Below are positions 27,763 through 37,358 of a stretch of 64,000 nt of DNA, piece by piece. Each line of letters opens with the position of its first letter. Position 1 is the first letter of the stretch. The stretch is from Elusimicrobiota bacterium (GTDB lineage: Bacteria > Elusimicrobiota > Elusimicrobia > UBA1565 > UBA9628), in the NCBI GenBank assembly GCA_027371715.1, contig DAHXMM010000021.1:18923-82922 (forward strand). Direction: 5' to 3'. A program made the translations under genes and the position numbers. The notes under the pieces are model-generated. The model made no database searches and was not told the DNA's origin. It saw only the letters and a list, made by a program, of their open reading frames with translations.

Positions 27763-29490
27763 TTAATTTTTCTGGCAGACGAGAAGCTGAAGGTAAGGCG
27801 CGGGCGTTCCGACGACGGAACTGCTGTTGTTGGTGACCGAGATGCCGGTCTTGGCGGAATTAATCGAGATGCCGGTTGTCGCGGAATTAATCGTGATGCC
27901 GGTTGTTGAAGTCTGCGCCGATCCACTGACATAAATACAATTTCCGGATTGGCAATTTCCAACTGCTGTAGGTATACCTTCTCCCGTTCGTCCGCCACCT
28001 CCACCATATTGAGTATCCCCATAAATTACATGGGAATGGCCCGGATCATTAATTGAATGAGAATGACCGGGATCGTTGATGGAGTGGCTATGCCCCGGAT
28101 CATTAACGGTATCCGTAATATGTCCCGCGGGACGATCCTCAAGATTGGAAAGCGCCGTGCCGTCGGTTCCGGCCAAAGCGCCTCCGGAAGGAAGGCCGAC
28201 AAGGTATCGCCCCTGGGCTGCGGCAAGCGCGGTCCAGCCGGAAGGACAGGAGGATAAATTAAAAAACATAACGGCGCCCGAGGGCACCGCGCCCACGCCG
28301 GAAAAGGCCCCCGCCGTCAGCGTTCCCGTGACATTGGCATTTCCGGATACGCTGAGCGGGTTTGTCGGACTCGCAGTCCCGATGCCAACATTGCCGTTCT
28401 GGTTGACGACAAAAGTCGAAGCTCCCACCGCGAAAAGATTTCCCGCGGCGGGAACGCTGGATACCCCCACTACGGACGCGGTGACGGAATTCGCAATCGC
28501 CGCCGAACTCGCGCTGATGTTCCCCGTCAAACTTGAGCCTGGGACATTGGTCAACCCCACCCCCGATCCGTAAAACCCTGTTCCTGCCGTGACCGAGGAC
28601 TCCGCTGACACAAACCCCGTCACCGTCGCGCTTGAACTCGTCAACGCCCCCTCGACCGTAACGCTCGAAGCTGTCGCGTTCATGATGGAATTGCCCAACG
28701 AGGTCGGGCTCGTAAATTCAGGAATCTGCCCTGTCGTTCCGCTCACGCTCGACCCCAGGGCTAGCGGCCCTCCGTTCCAATACAGGCTCCCCGAGTTGTT
28801 ATACAGCGTCATGTTCGTATTGCCCGGAACCGCGCTGCTTAAATGAATTCCCGCCGTCCCGCCTCCGGTCCCCACGATATCCAAGCTCTGCGCCGGACTC
28901 GCAGTCCCGATGCCCAAGCTTCCAGACAAAACGAACACGCTCGTCGTCACGTTAATCCCGGAGAATCCCGAGGCCGCCGTCAAGGTTGACACCGCAATCG
29001 TTCCCGTCGAGGTCAAGGTTCCCGTTACCGAGACGGTTGAGATCGTCAGATTCCCCTCGATGTTTCGCGCCATCAAGGCGTAGGGCACTGAGAGTAAGGC
29101 CTGCCGGGGCAGAAGCGGCGTCGTCTCGATATCGGTCTCGATATATTTTTGAGCCGGCCCCGCCAAGGCCGAGGTTGAAATATTAAGAGAAGTCCCAAAC
29201 ACGCCTTGACTCACCTGAACCTGAACGGGACCGCTCTGCCACAAAACGTTCCCGCCTGTCGGAGCGTCGTAGAGATAAAAGGTCAGAATCTCGGTCCCCG
29301 TCACCGGATAGCCGTTTTGCATCAGCCGACCTTGATACGATATCTCATCTGGCACCGTGCCGCTTGGAACCGCCGTCGCCAACACCTTCACCTGCGCTCT
29401 TAAAGGAGAAGACGCGAATAATAAAACTAGCGGAAAAAGAAAAAAAACAAAAACGCCACGACCTTTCCATGATTGACCGACGGACATCAT
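27763..29490 (-). CDS. Secreted tail-fibre/collar-like Ser/Thr/Gly-rich protein
   Basis: Signal peptide; ISYQGRL N-domain; GIGTASP x2; VPSGAVMFFNLSSCPSGW; NDPGHSH x3. Confidence 0.65.
   Translation of the reverse strand: MMSVGQSWKGRGVFVFFLFPLVLLFASSPLRAQVKVLATAVPSGTVPDEISYQGRLMQNGYPVTGTEILTFYLYDAPTGGNVLWQSGPVQVQVSQGVFGTSLNISTSALAGPAQKYIETDIETTPLLPRQALLSVPYALMARNIEGNLTISTVSVTGTLTSTGTIAVSTLTAASGFSGINVTTSVFVLSGSLGIGTASPAQSLDIVGTGGGTAGIHLSSAVPGNTNMTLYNNSGSLYWNGGPLALGSSVSGTTGQIPEFTSPTSLGNSIMNATASSVTVEGALTSSSATVTGFVSAESSVTAGTGFYGSGVGLTNVPGSSLTGNISASSAAIANSVTASVVGVSSVPAAGNLFAVGASTFVVNQNGNVGIGTASPTNPLSVSGNANVTGTLTAGAFSGVGAVPSGAVMFFNLSSCPSGWTALAAAQGRYLVGLPSGGALAGTDGTALSNLEDRPAGHITDTVNDPGHSHSINDPGHSHSINDPGHSHVIYGDTQYGGGGGRTGEGIPTAVGNCQSGNCIYVSGSAQTSTTGITINSATTGISINSAKTGISVTNNSSSVVGTPAPYLQLLVCQKN
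27838..28110 (-). repeat. Two sets of in-frame 27-bp tandem repeats (NDPGHSH-type x3; TGI(T/S)(I/V)-type x3)
   Basis: 27-nt periodicity visible in DNA and protein. Confidence 0.8.
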
Positions 29491-29542
29491 GGACCTATTG
29501 ACTCAAATTTCAGGGCCGGGTGTCAAAATCGGAGACTCGCCC

Positions 29543-30853
29543 TTACCGATTCGTCTTTTTTCTCAATTCCTTAAGTCGCGCGGACAAGCGTTTTTCGTCT
29601 CCTTCTTCGGTCGGATGATAAAACCGAACAGGACTCGGCAGATATTCCTGAAAGACGTAATGCCCGGGAAAATCGTGCGGATACTGATAACCCGCTCCGT
29701 GTCCTCGGCTTTTGGAATCTAAATTTGAATCTCGGAGAAAATGAGGAACCTCGCGCGCGGGCCCCTTTTCCACTTCCTCCATCGCGGCGTCTATCGCCAA
29801 ATAAGAAGCGTTTGATTTGGGGGCGCAGGCGACATAGACGCAGGCTTGAGCGAGAATAATCCGGGCCTCCGGCATTCCCACTTTCTCAACCGCCTCAAAG
29901 GCGGCATTGCAAATTAAAAGCGCGCGGAAATCCGCGTTTCCGACGTCTTCAGAGGCGCAAATCAAAAGACGACGAGCGATAAAACGCGGGTCTTCGCCGG
30001 CTTTAAGCATTTTTGCCATCCAATAAAGGGCCGCATCAGGGTCCGAACCGCGGAGAGATTTAATAAAAGCGGAAATGTGATCGTAGTGATCGTCTGATTT
30101 TTTGTCGTAGCGCAAAACGCGTTTTTGAAGGCTCGACTCAAGACCATTTAGGTCAATCCGGCGTTCTCCAGTAGGATTAATCTCAGCGGACAAAACCGCC
30201 CGCTCAAAAGCGTTGATTAATTTTCGGGCATCTCCCGAGGAATCGACAATAAGATGGTTTTGAGCGTCCCCATCCATTCTGACCTTCATTTTTTTAACTT
30301 CCTCATTTTCCAAGGCCGCATTGAGGATTTTTTTTAAATCCTGTTCCGTCAACGGCTTAAATTCAAAAGTGGCCAGACGAGACAAAAGCGCGGCGTTGAC
30401 ATAAAAAGAGGGGTTTTCGGTCGTCAGCCCGATTAAGACGACCTCCCCTTTTTCGGTCGCGGGCAAAAGAACGTCCTGCTGGGTTCGGTTAAAATGGTGA
30501 ATCTCATCAATGATCAAAAGAGAACGTTTGTTTTGGAAAAGCCGCCGTTCTCGGGCCAGGTCCAAAGCTTTTTTTAATTCAGAAACTCCGGACGCGACCG
30601 CGTTTAAAAACGTGGCCTCCATATCCAATTCGCGGGCGATTAAACGGGCTAAGGCCGTTTTGCCGCACCCCGGAGGGCCAAAAAATATGGAGGAAGAGAA
30701 ATTTTTACCGGCGATAATCTGGGAAAGAATTTTTCCGGGGGCCAAAAGATGACTTTGACCAAAAAAATCTTTAAGGGTCTTGGGAGCCAAACGCCAGGAC
30801 AAGGGAGAATCAACGGCGAAATCAAAGGAACCGAATAAAGACTCAGTCTTCAT
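29543..30853 (-). CDS. rarA: Replication-associated recombination protein A
   Basis: GPPGCGKT, DEIH, HYD.ISAFIKS.RGSD, SEDVG.AD. Confidence 0.95.
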   Translation of the reverse strand: MKTESLFGSFDFAVDSPLSWRLAPKTLKDFFGQSHLLAPGKILSQIIAGKNFSSSIFFGPPGCGKTALARLIARELDMEATFLNAVASGVSELKKALDLARERRLFQNKRSLLIIDEIHHFNRTQQDVLLPATEKGEVVLIGLTTENPSFYVNAALLSRLATFEFKPLTEQDLKKILNAALENEEVKKMKVRMDGDAQNHLIVDSSGDARKLINAFERAVLSAEINPTGERRIDLNGLESSLQKRVLRYDKKSDDHYDHISAFIKSLRGSDPDAALYWMAKMLKAGEDPRFIARRLLICASEDVGNADFRALLICNAAFEAVEKVGMPEARIILAQACVYVACAPKSNASYLAIDAAMEEVEKGPAREVPHFLRDSNLDSKSRGHGAGYQYPHDFPGHYVFQEYLPSPVRFYHPTEEGDEKRLSARLKELRKKTNR

Positions 30854-31145
30854 CGCCTAGGGCCAAAGCTCCTTGAAGAGACAGGTGCATGTGGTCAACC
30901 TTGTTTTCAAGCGCTCTCGCTTCCGCGCTGACGGCTTCTTCTTTTTTAAAGTTTTCCATCGCAAAAGACAAGGCCGCCAAGATCGCGATTTTAGAACTGT
31001 CGGCAATTAGCGGATTTTCTTTAAAAATTTGTTCCATCCTCGCTTCAACCGTTCGGGCTAAAGCATTGATCTCAATCGGAGTCAAACCCTCGATTCCCAC
31101 CGTCAATTTACGGCGGAAAATTTCAATGTCGATTTTTTCGTTCAT
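30843..31145 (-). CDS. zapA: Cell division protein ZapA
   Basis: 'LA..V...M..I...DS.KIAILAAL'; position after pheT. Confidence 0.8.
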   Translation of the reverse strand: MNEKIDIEIFRRKLTVGIEGLTPIEINALARTVEARMEQIFKENPLIADSSKIAILAALSFAMENFKKEEAVSAEARALENKVDHMHLSLQGALALGDED

Positions 31146-31387
31146 TTCGCGGCCCCGCTTATTTTGTCCAATTTATGAATTATTTTTTCCAGCCGTTCCC
31201 GCAGACGCCTTTGCCGAACCGGATAGTGGGATAAATGTTGAATTTGAGTCTTAAGGCGCTCATTTTCATCCATCAAATTTTTATTGGTCTTAAGCAATTT
31301 GGCGTTGCCCCCCCGCAATTTCTTAAGAGCATGACTTGCCTCCAAAACCAAATCTTCTAATCTTTTGATTTTATCGGGGATTAGCAC
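31142..31387 (-). CDS. Small coiled-coil protein (ZapB-like)
   Basis: Heptad pattern; between pheT and zapA. Confidence 0.6.
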   Translation of the reverse strand: MLIPDKIKRLEDLVLEASHALKKLRGGNAKLLKTNKNLMDENERLKTQIQHLSHYPVRQRRLRERLEKIIHKLDKISGAAK

Positions 31388-31396
31388 TCTTTTCCT

Positions 31397-33793
31397 CTAA
31401 GATCTGAGGACGGCTCCGATTTTTTTCAAACTCTCCAAAATCTTTGTCACGAAAGCCTCCACTTCTTGGTCCGTCATCGTTCGGTCATCGCGCCCGAAGG
31501 TGAGCCGCAAAGTCAAGCTTTTAAAGCCTTTCTGGATTTTGTCTCCAACAAACAAATCAACTAACTCCGTCTTTTTGAGTTCGTCGAGCTTGAACGCGCA
31601 AAGCGCCCGCGCGATTTCGGCATAGGGAATATCTTCCGGAACGAGAACGGAAATATCCCTCCAGGAGAATGGAAATTCGCTCAGAGGCTTTGAAAAAACC
31701 GGCGCCGGGTTTATTTTTTCTAGCCCAGAAAGATTCAACTCAAAAATAAAAACTTCGTCTTTCGCACTCGAAGGAATGTCCCGGCGCGCCGCCGCCTCGG
31801 GATGAAGGGCGCCCAAAACGCCGATGACCTGCCCCTGCCATTTAAACTCAATTGATTTTCTTGGATGAAATAATTTTTGGTTATAAGGCAAGCCTAAATT
31901 AAAGGGAGAACTCTCAAGTTGAAAGGCCGATAAAGAATCTTTCAAGACGCCCGAAACCGCGTAAAAATCATTTTCAATCACGCGCCCTTCTTTCCAATAA
32001 ACCTCCGGAAACCGGCCCACGGCCACGCCTGAAAGAAGAACATTCTCTTTTCCGTCGTAAAAACCGGTTCCATTCTCAAATAAACGAAACGAAAAATTGC
32101 CATGATTAAAATTATACTGAGCGTTACGCAAAAGCCCGGTTAAAAGCGTGGGGCGCAAAATCGTCATATCTTCCGAAAGGGGATTATCCAGACGCACGCC
32201 TTTTTTTATCTCGGCTCCTGAAAGTTCAAAATCCGCAAGCGAAATTAAATCGTAGTTATAAGCTTCGAAAAAGCCCGCGTCTTTAAGACGTCGCGCCAAA
32301 AAGCCAACCAGCGCGGAAAGAGGAGTCTTACGGGCGGCGGCGGCAAGAACCTGAGGGCGATGGACGGGAATTTGGTCATAACCCAAAACCCGGGCAACCT
32401 CTTCCGCTAAATCCGCCCGATCTTTGAGGTCCAGGCGATAGGAGGGCGGAGTCATGAAAAAAGAATCCCCTTCCATTTTCAAACTTCCCCCAAAACGAAC
32501 AAGGCCTGAAAAAACATTTTTAATTTCCCCAGTCTTAAAATCAGAGCCCAGCATTTGGTTGATTCGCGCGGAAGAAACGACAATCGCGGAATTTTCTTGA
32601 GCGTCTTTTTGAACGACGGGGGTGGAAACCCTGGCCGCCGAACCCGCCAGAGACAAAATTAATTCAGCCGCTTTAAGAGAGGCGATTTCCGGAAGCTTGG
32701 GATCGGTCCCACGTTCAAACCGATAAGAAGACTCAGACTTAAGTCTCAGGCCCTGAGCCGCCCGTCGAATCAAGGCCGCGTTGAAAGAAGCGCTTTCTAA
32801 AAATACGCGTTTAGTCTTTGACAAAACGGCCGAGGAAAGCCCCCCCATCACTCCCGCGATCGCCTGCGGAGATTTTTGATCGGCGATAACCAAAAACTCA
32901 GAGTTCAGATCGTATTTTTTATCGTCTAAGGCCGTCAAGGATTCTCCCGCGCGCGCCCGGCGAACAAAAATCTCTTTTCCCTCTAAAACATCCGCGTCAA
33001 AAACGTGCAAGGGTTGCCCCAAATCCATGAGGATATAATTAGTGACGTCCACGATACTATTAATGGATTTAATTCCAACAGAGCCTAAGCGATCCACTAA
33101 CCAAGAAGGACTCGGACCCACAATCAGATTTTCAAAAACCCGCCCCACATAGACCGGACAATCTTTCACGGATTCAACCACAATTTTAAACGGAACCAAA
33201 TCCGAAACGTTTAAGGCCGGAATCTTAAAATCTTTAAGCGTAAGATTGAGCGAAGAAGAAAGCTCCCGGGCCAGCCCTAAATGGGATAGACAATCCGGGC
33301 GATTGGGCGTGACTGCCACATCCAGAACCTCGGTTCTTTCCCCCAAGGCCATGGCCATATCTCTCCCCAGGGATAATTCCTGATCCAAGACCAAAATTCC
33401 GCCATTTTCAGCCCCTAACCCCAGTTCTTTTCCGGAACAGATCATGCCCGAGGACTCAACCCCGCGTATTTTGGACTTTGAAATTTTCATTCCCCCTGGA
33501 AGATCGGCCCCAATTTTGGCTAAAGGCACTTTTTGGCCGACCGCGATATTTTTAGCTCCGCAGACAATCGTAAAATTATCGCTTCCATCGGTCACCTGGC
33601 AAACGCTGAGGCGATCCGCGTTTGGGTGTTTCTCAATTTGGAGTATCTGGGCGGAAACGACCCCTTTAAACTGAGGCCCTTTCTTTTCAATAGATTCCAC
33701 CTCAAAACCTAAGGCCGCCAATTTCCCCGCCAATTCCTCCGCGGAAAAATTAAATTCCAAATGTTCTTTAAGCCAGGAAAGAGATATTTTCAT
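31397..33793 (-). CDS. pheT: Phenylalanine--tRNA ligase beta subunit
   Basis: SLSWL, HPNADRL, TPNRPDCLS, RFERG. Confidence 0.97.
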   Translation of the reverse strand: MKISLSWLKEHLEFNFSAEELAGKLAALGFEVESIEKKGPQFKGVVSAQILQIEKHPNADRLSVCQVTDGSDNFTIVCGAKNIAVGQKVPLAKIGADLPGGMKISKSKIRGVESSGMICSGKELGLGAENGGILVLDQELSLGRDMAMALGERTEVLDVAVTPNRPDCLSHLGLARELSSSLNLTLKDFKIPALNVSDLVPFKIVVESVKDCPVYVGRVFENLIVGPSPSWLVDRLGSVGIKSINSIVDVTNYILMDLGQPLHVFDADVLEGKEIFVRRARAGESLTALDDKKYDLNSEFLVIADQKSPQAIAGVMGGLSSAVLSKTKRVFLESASFNAALIRRAAQGLRLKSESSYRFERGTDPKLPEIASLKAAELILSLAGSAARVSTPVVQKDAQENSAIVVSSARINQMLGSDFKTGEIKNVFSGLVRFGGSLKMEGDSFFMTPPSYRLDLKDRADLAEEVARVLGYDQIPVHRPQVLAAAARKTPLSALVGFLARRLKDAGFFEAYNYDLISLADFELSGAEIKKGVRLDNPLSEDMTILRPTLLTGLLRNAQYNFNHGNFSFRLFENGTGFYDGKENVLLSGVAVGRFPEVYWKEGRVIENDFYAVSGVLKDSLSAFQLESSPFNLGLPYNQKLFHPRKSIEFKWQGQVIGVLGALHPEAAARRDIPSSAKDEVFIFELNLSGLEKINPAPVFSKPLSEFPFSWRDISVLVPEDIPYAEIARALCAFKLDELKKTELVDLFVGDKIQKGFKSLTLRLTFGRDDRTMTDQEVEAFVTKILESLKKIGAVLRS

Positions 33794-34879
33794 TTAAGCG
33801 AAAAGAGACAACTCCTCATCTTCAAACTGGGAAAGGAACCGAACGTCGTTCGCATAGAAATTGCGAATATCTTGAATCCGCCATTTAAGCATCGCAACCC
33901 TTTCAATTCCAATCCCGAACGCAAATCCCGACCAAATTTCAGGATCATAGCCCACGGCTTTAAAAACGTTTGGGTGAACCATACCGGCCCCCAGAATTTC
34001 GATAAAACCTGTTTTCTTACAAATGACGCACGGGCGCCCATTTTCTCCCGTCCCTGTCCCCGAACAAAACAAACATGATAAATCCACTTCCGCCGAAGGC
34101 TCGGTGAACGGAAAATAAGACGGGCGAAAGCGAACCTTGATCCGGGGGCCAAAAAGAGCTTTGAGAAATTCTTCCAAAACGCCCTTCAGGTCGGCAAAGG
34201 TCACGTTTTGATCCACATACAACCCTTCCACCTGATGAAATACGGCGGAATGAGTGGCGTCCACGGCCTCATGCCTGAACACTCGTCCCGGACAAATGAT
34301 TCGCAAAGGCGGTTTTTGTTTTCTCATCGCGCGAATCTGAACAGGAGAGGTATGCGTTCTCAAGACCTTGCTCCCTTCGACATAAAAAGTGTCTTGCATA
34401 TCGCGAGCCGAGTGATGTTCGGGAATATTGAGAGCCGTAAAATTATGTTCGTCATCCTCAATGAGCGGGCCTTCGGCCCAGGAAAACCCCATCAACCCTA
34501 AAATATGAGCCATCTGGTCTTGCATTTTTGTCAGCGGATGCAAACGACCCCTTAAAGGGAAAAGAGGCGGGAGGCTTAAATCCAGGCCTTGAGTTTTTAG
34601 CTCCGCTTCAAAACTCAATTTCTTAATTTTTAAGGCGCGGGCTTCAATTTTCTCTTCCAACTGGGATTTAATTTGTTGCGCCTTCGGAGCCAAGAGTTTC
34701 CGATCTTCAAGGGAAAGATCCTTAATGGACTTTAGAAGCTCGTTTAAAGGCGACTTGCGCCCAAGAAAATGAATACGAAGGTTCTCTAAATCCTCCGCGG
34801 TTAGAGCGGCGTCAAAGTTTTCGGAGGCTACCGCACGGGCAATTTTTTCAAGAGCTCTTTCCCAATCCGAGGAATTCAT
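33794..34879 (-). CDS. pheS: Phenylalanine--tRNA ligase alpha subunit
   Basis: LRTHTS, FHQVEG, YFPFTEPS, GFAFG.G.ER. Confidence 0.97.
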   Translation of the reverse strand: MNSSDWERALEKIARAVASENFDAALTAEDLENLRIHFLGRKSPLNELLKSIKDLSLEDRKLLAPKAQQIKSQLEEKIEARALKIKKLSFEAELKTQGLDLSLPPLFPLRGRLHPLTKMQDQMAHILGLMGFSWAEGPLIEDDEHNFTALNIPEHHSARDMQDTFYVEGSKVLRTHTSPVQIRAMRKQKPPLRIICPGRVFRHEAVDATHSAVFHQVEGLYVDQNVTFADLKGVLEEFLKALFGPRIKVRFRPSYFPFTEPSAEVDLSCLFCSGTGTGENGRPCVICKKTGFIEILGAGMVHPNVFKAVGYDPEIWSGFAFGIGIERVAMLKWRIQDIRNFYANDVRFLSQFEDEELSLFA

Positions 34880-34914
34880 CTCTTATTTTGCCCCTCGACT
34901 CGGCGAAAGTCGTC

Positions 34915-35295
34915 TTAGGCGGCCGCTTTTGCCGAAGATTGAGAGTTTCCAGACGCTCCCGCGAGGCTGACCAGATGCTTGAAAGAACCGGCGTCGGTCA
35001 CCGCAATTTCGGAAAGCATCTTGCGGTTAAGCGCGATTCCGGCTTTCTTGAGTCCCGCGATAAAGCGAGAATAAGTCGTTCCCTGCTCGCGGCAAGCGGC
35101 GTTGATGCGTTGCGTCCAAAGAGAGCGGAAATCTCCTTTCCGGTCCTTTCGACCGGAATAAGAGGCGGTCAAGGACTTTTCCACCTGCTGTTTAACCATG
35201 CGCCATTTGCGGCTCTTATCCGAATAAAAGCCCTTGGCGAGCTTAAAATATTTTCTCTTGTGTCTTCGAGTCGTAACGCCGGATTTAATTCTCAT
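34915..35295 (-). CDS. rplT: 50S ribosomal protein L20
   Basis: FRSLW..RINAA, LNRKML. Confidence 0.96.
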   Translation of the reverse strand: MRIKSGVTTRRHKRKYFKLAKGFYSDKSRKWRMVKQQVEKSLTASYSGRKDRKGDFRSLWTQRINAACREQGTTYSRFIAGLKKAGIALNRKMLSEIAVTDAGSFKHLVSLAGASGNSQSSAKAAA

Positions 35296-35301
35296 AACTC
35301 C

Positions 35302-35499
35302 TCACCGATACGGCAGATATTGCGAAATAGTTTTTCCGTCCACGTTATTGAGCGTGTTTTTTCCGCTCAAAAAACGGCTCCGACCGGAAGACATCGGGGC
35401 TAGAAGATGGCGCTTGCCCGCGCGTTTGTGGCGCCAAAGGCCTTTTCCTGTTTTTAAAAACCGCTTTTTCGCTCCGCTGTGCGACTTTATCTTGGGCAT
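35302..35499 (-). CDS. rpmI: 50S ribosomal protein L35
   Basis: MPKIKSHSGAKKRF. Confidence 0.95.
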   Translation of the reverse strand: MPKIKSHSGAKKRFLKTGKGLWRHKRAGKRHLLAPMSSGRSRFLSGKNTLNNVDGKTISQYLPYR

Positions 35500-35511
35500 G
35501 ATATTCTCCTA

Positions 35512-35587
35512 AAAGGGACTACTGCCTTTCCTCATAATCTTGAGGTCGGCATTGTCCCAACCTTAAGATCATTAAGGAAAGGGACTA
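35512..35587. other. Hairpin flanked by 10-bp direct repeat between infC and rpmI
   Basis: AAAGGGACTA at 35512-35521 and 35578-35587; inverted arms CCTTTCCT/AGGAAAGG and ATCTTGAGGT/ACCTTAAGAT. Confidence 0.6.
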
Positions 35588-36112
35588 ATGTTTCGGGATG
35601 AGCGTCATGAAAAGACGATTTCGGTCGTTTTGGGGAGCCTGTTCAATGGAACTCGTCGGCTCCAGCCTGACCCGAATATCGTCCAACAACTTCATTCCCA
35701 AATCCTTATGCTGCATTTCTCGTCCGCGAAAAACCACCATCACCCTCACTTTGTCGCGGGCGGCCAAAAATTCCCCGATCTGCTTAATCTTAACTTCTAA
35801 ATCATGAACCCCAATATGGGGTTTAAAACGCACTTCCTTGAGCATTCCCGCTTTTTGGTTCTTGCGGGCTTCTCTTTCCTTCTTTTCCTGCTCGTATTTA
35901 TACTTTGAAAAATCTAGTATCTTACAGACCGGCGGGTTGGCCGTGGGCGCGATTTCAATTAAATCCAACCCTCTTTGCCGAGCCATCGCCAAGGCTTCCG
36001 GCAACGGACGAACGCCCACCTGAGTCCCATCGGAATCAATCACCCGAACTTCTCTGGCCGAAATGCGGTTATTAATCCGAACCTGCACGCTGTTTTTAGT
36101 AAACTTGTTTAT
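35585..36112 (-). CDS. infC: Translation initiation factor IF-3 (probable ATA start; alternative GTG at 36088)
   Basis: RINNRI.A.EVRVI, PPVCKI.D..KYKYE; GAGG upstream of in-frame ATA. Confidence 0.95.
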   Translation of the reverse strand: MNKFTKNSVQVRINNRISAREVRVIDSDGTQVGVRPLPEALAMARQRGLDLIEIAPTANPPVCKILDFSKYKYEQEKKEREARKNQKAGMLKEVRFKPHIGVHDLEVKIKQIGEFLAARDKVRVMVVFRGREMQHKDLGMKLLDDIRVRLEPTSSIEQAPQNDRNRLFMTLIPKH

Positions 36113-36154
36113 ATTCCCTCAAGGAAAACTGCTAATATTTAAAATAGTCCGACA

Positions 36155-37351
36155 ATGAATGATACCAAGTTAATCAACTCCGCGTCAAGTGAGGACGACT
36201 CAAAGACCGTCGTTTTTTCCGGAATGCGCCCGACTGGCCGGCTTCATCTCGGCAATTATTTTGGCGCACTCAAAAACTGGGTGGACCTTCAAAACAAGTA
36301 TTCCTGCTATTTTTGCGTGGTTGATTGGCATGGGCTTACGACCGGATACGCCGACACCTCCAAACTTCAGGAAAACATCCGCGAGATGGTTCTCGATTGG
36401 CTCGCGGCGGGGCTCGACCCCTCAAAATGCGTCATATTTAAGCAATCGGATGTTTCCGAACATGCGGAACTGGCTCTTCTCTTGGGAATGACGACCCCCT
36501 TATCCTGGCTGGAAAATAATCCCACTTGGAAAGAGCAGTTACAGGAATTGGCTAAAACAAAAGAAACCACATTGAAAGAAAAATTAAAAGAAGTTCAAGA
36601 GCGTGCTTTTCAAGGCCATTATGAAAGAAACCCTCTTCCACCATCTGGTGGTCCTGTAGTTTCCTGGCTTTCGCGCGGCGAAAAGATTGAACAAAGTCCC
36701 AACGAACATCTTCGCACCTTTGGTTTTCTCGGCTATCCCGTTCTCCAGGCCGCCGACATTCTTCTTTATAACGCAAGCGTGGTCCCAGTGGGTCAAGACC
36801 AACTGCCGCACATCGAACTGGCCCGAGAAATCGTCCGAAGATTCAACGGCTTTTTTCCAGGAACCTTCGTTGAACCGAAAGCGCTGACCACTCAATCGCC
36901 CAAGATACCAGGAACCGATGGGCGAAAAATGTCTAAATCCTACGACAACACAATTCAGCTATTGGAAACCGAGGATGCCCTTAAGACAAAAATACAATCC
37001 CTCTACACCGACCCAACTAGAATCAAGGCAACCGACCCCGGTCATCCCGAGCCCTGCACGGAAAACCCTCCGGGTTGCGCCGCATTTTCACTCCACAAAA
37101 TTTACGCGCCCAAAGATTTCATCGAGCAACGCAAAAAGGATTGTATAGCCGGAAAAGTCGGCTGCGTCGCCTGCAAAAAAGATCTCTTGGTGGAAATGAC
37201 GCGGCCCTTTGCCGAGTTCAGGGAAAGACGCAATCAACTGTGCTCAAACCCAAAAACCGTTTCCGAAATTCTGGAATCTGGAAAGAAAAAAGCCAAAACT
37301 GCGGCGTCTTTAGCCATGGACCGTGTTCGCCGGGCGATGAATCTCGTATAA
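36155..37351 (+). CDS. trpS: Tryptophan--tRNA ligase
   Basis: SGMRPTG.LHLGN, YPVLQAADI, VPVG.DQ, KMSKS. Confidence 0.96.
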   Translation: MNDTKLINSASSEDDSKTVVFSGMRPTGRLHLGNYFGALKNWVDLQNKYSCYFCVVDWHGLTTGYADTSKLQENIREMVLDWLAAGLDPSKCVIFKQSDVSEHAELALLLGMTTPLSWLENNPTWKEQLQELAKTKETTLKEKLKEVQERAFQGHYERNPLPPSGGPVVSWLSRGEKIEQSPNEHLRTFGFLGYPVLQAADILLYNASVVPVGQDQLPHIELAREIVRRFNGFFPGTFVEPKALTTQSPKIPGTDGRKMSKSYDNTIQLLETEDALKTKIQSLYTDPTRIKATDPGHPEPCTENPPGCAAFSLHKIYAPKDFIEQRKKDCIAGKVGCVACKKDLLVEMTRPFAEFRERRNQLCSNPKTVSEILESGKKKAKTAASLAMDRVRRAMNLV

Positions 37352-37358
37352 TAGGCCA

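Noticed and set aside
27763..29490. Prophage
   Set aside because: Single fibre-like gene with a signal peptide; no other phage genes or integrase
27733..30853. tmRNA near smpB; 6S RNA after zapA
   Set aside because: No intergenic space or recognisable sequence; zapA overlaps rarA directly
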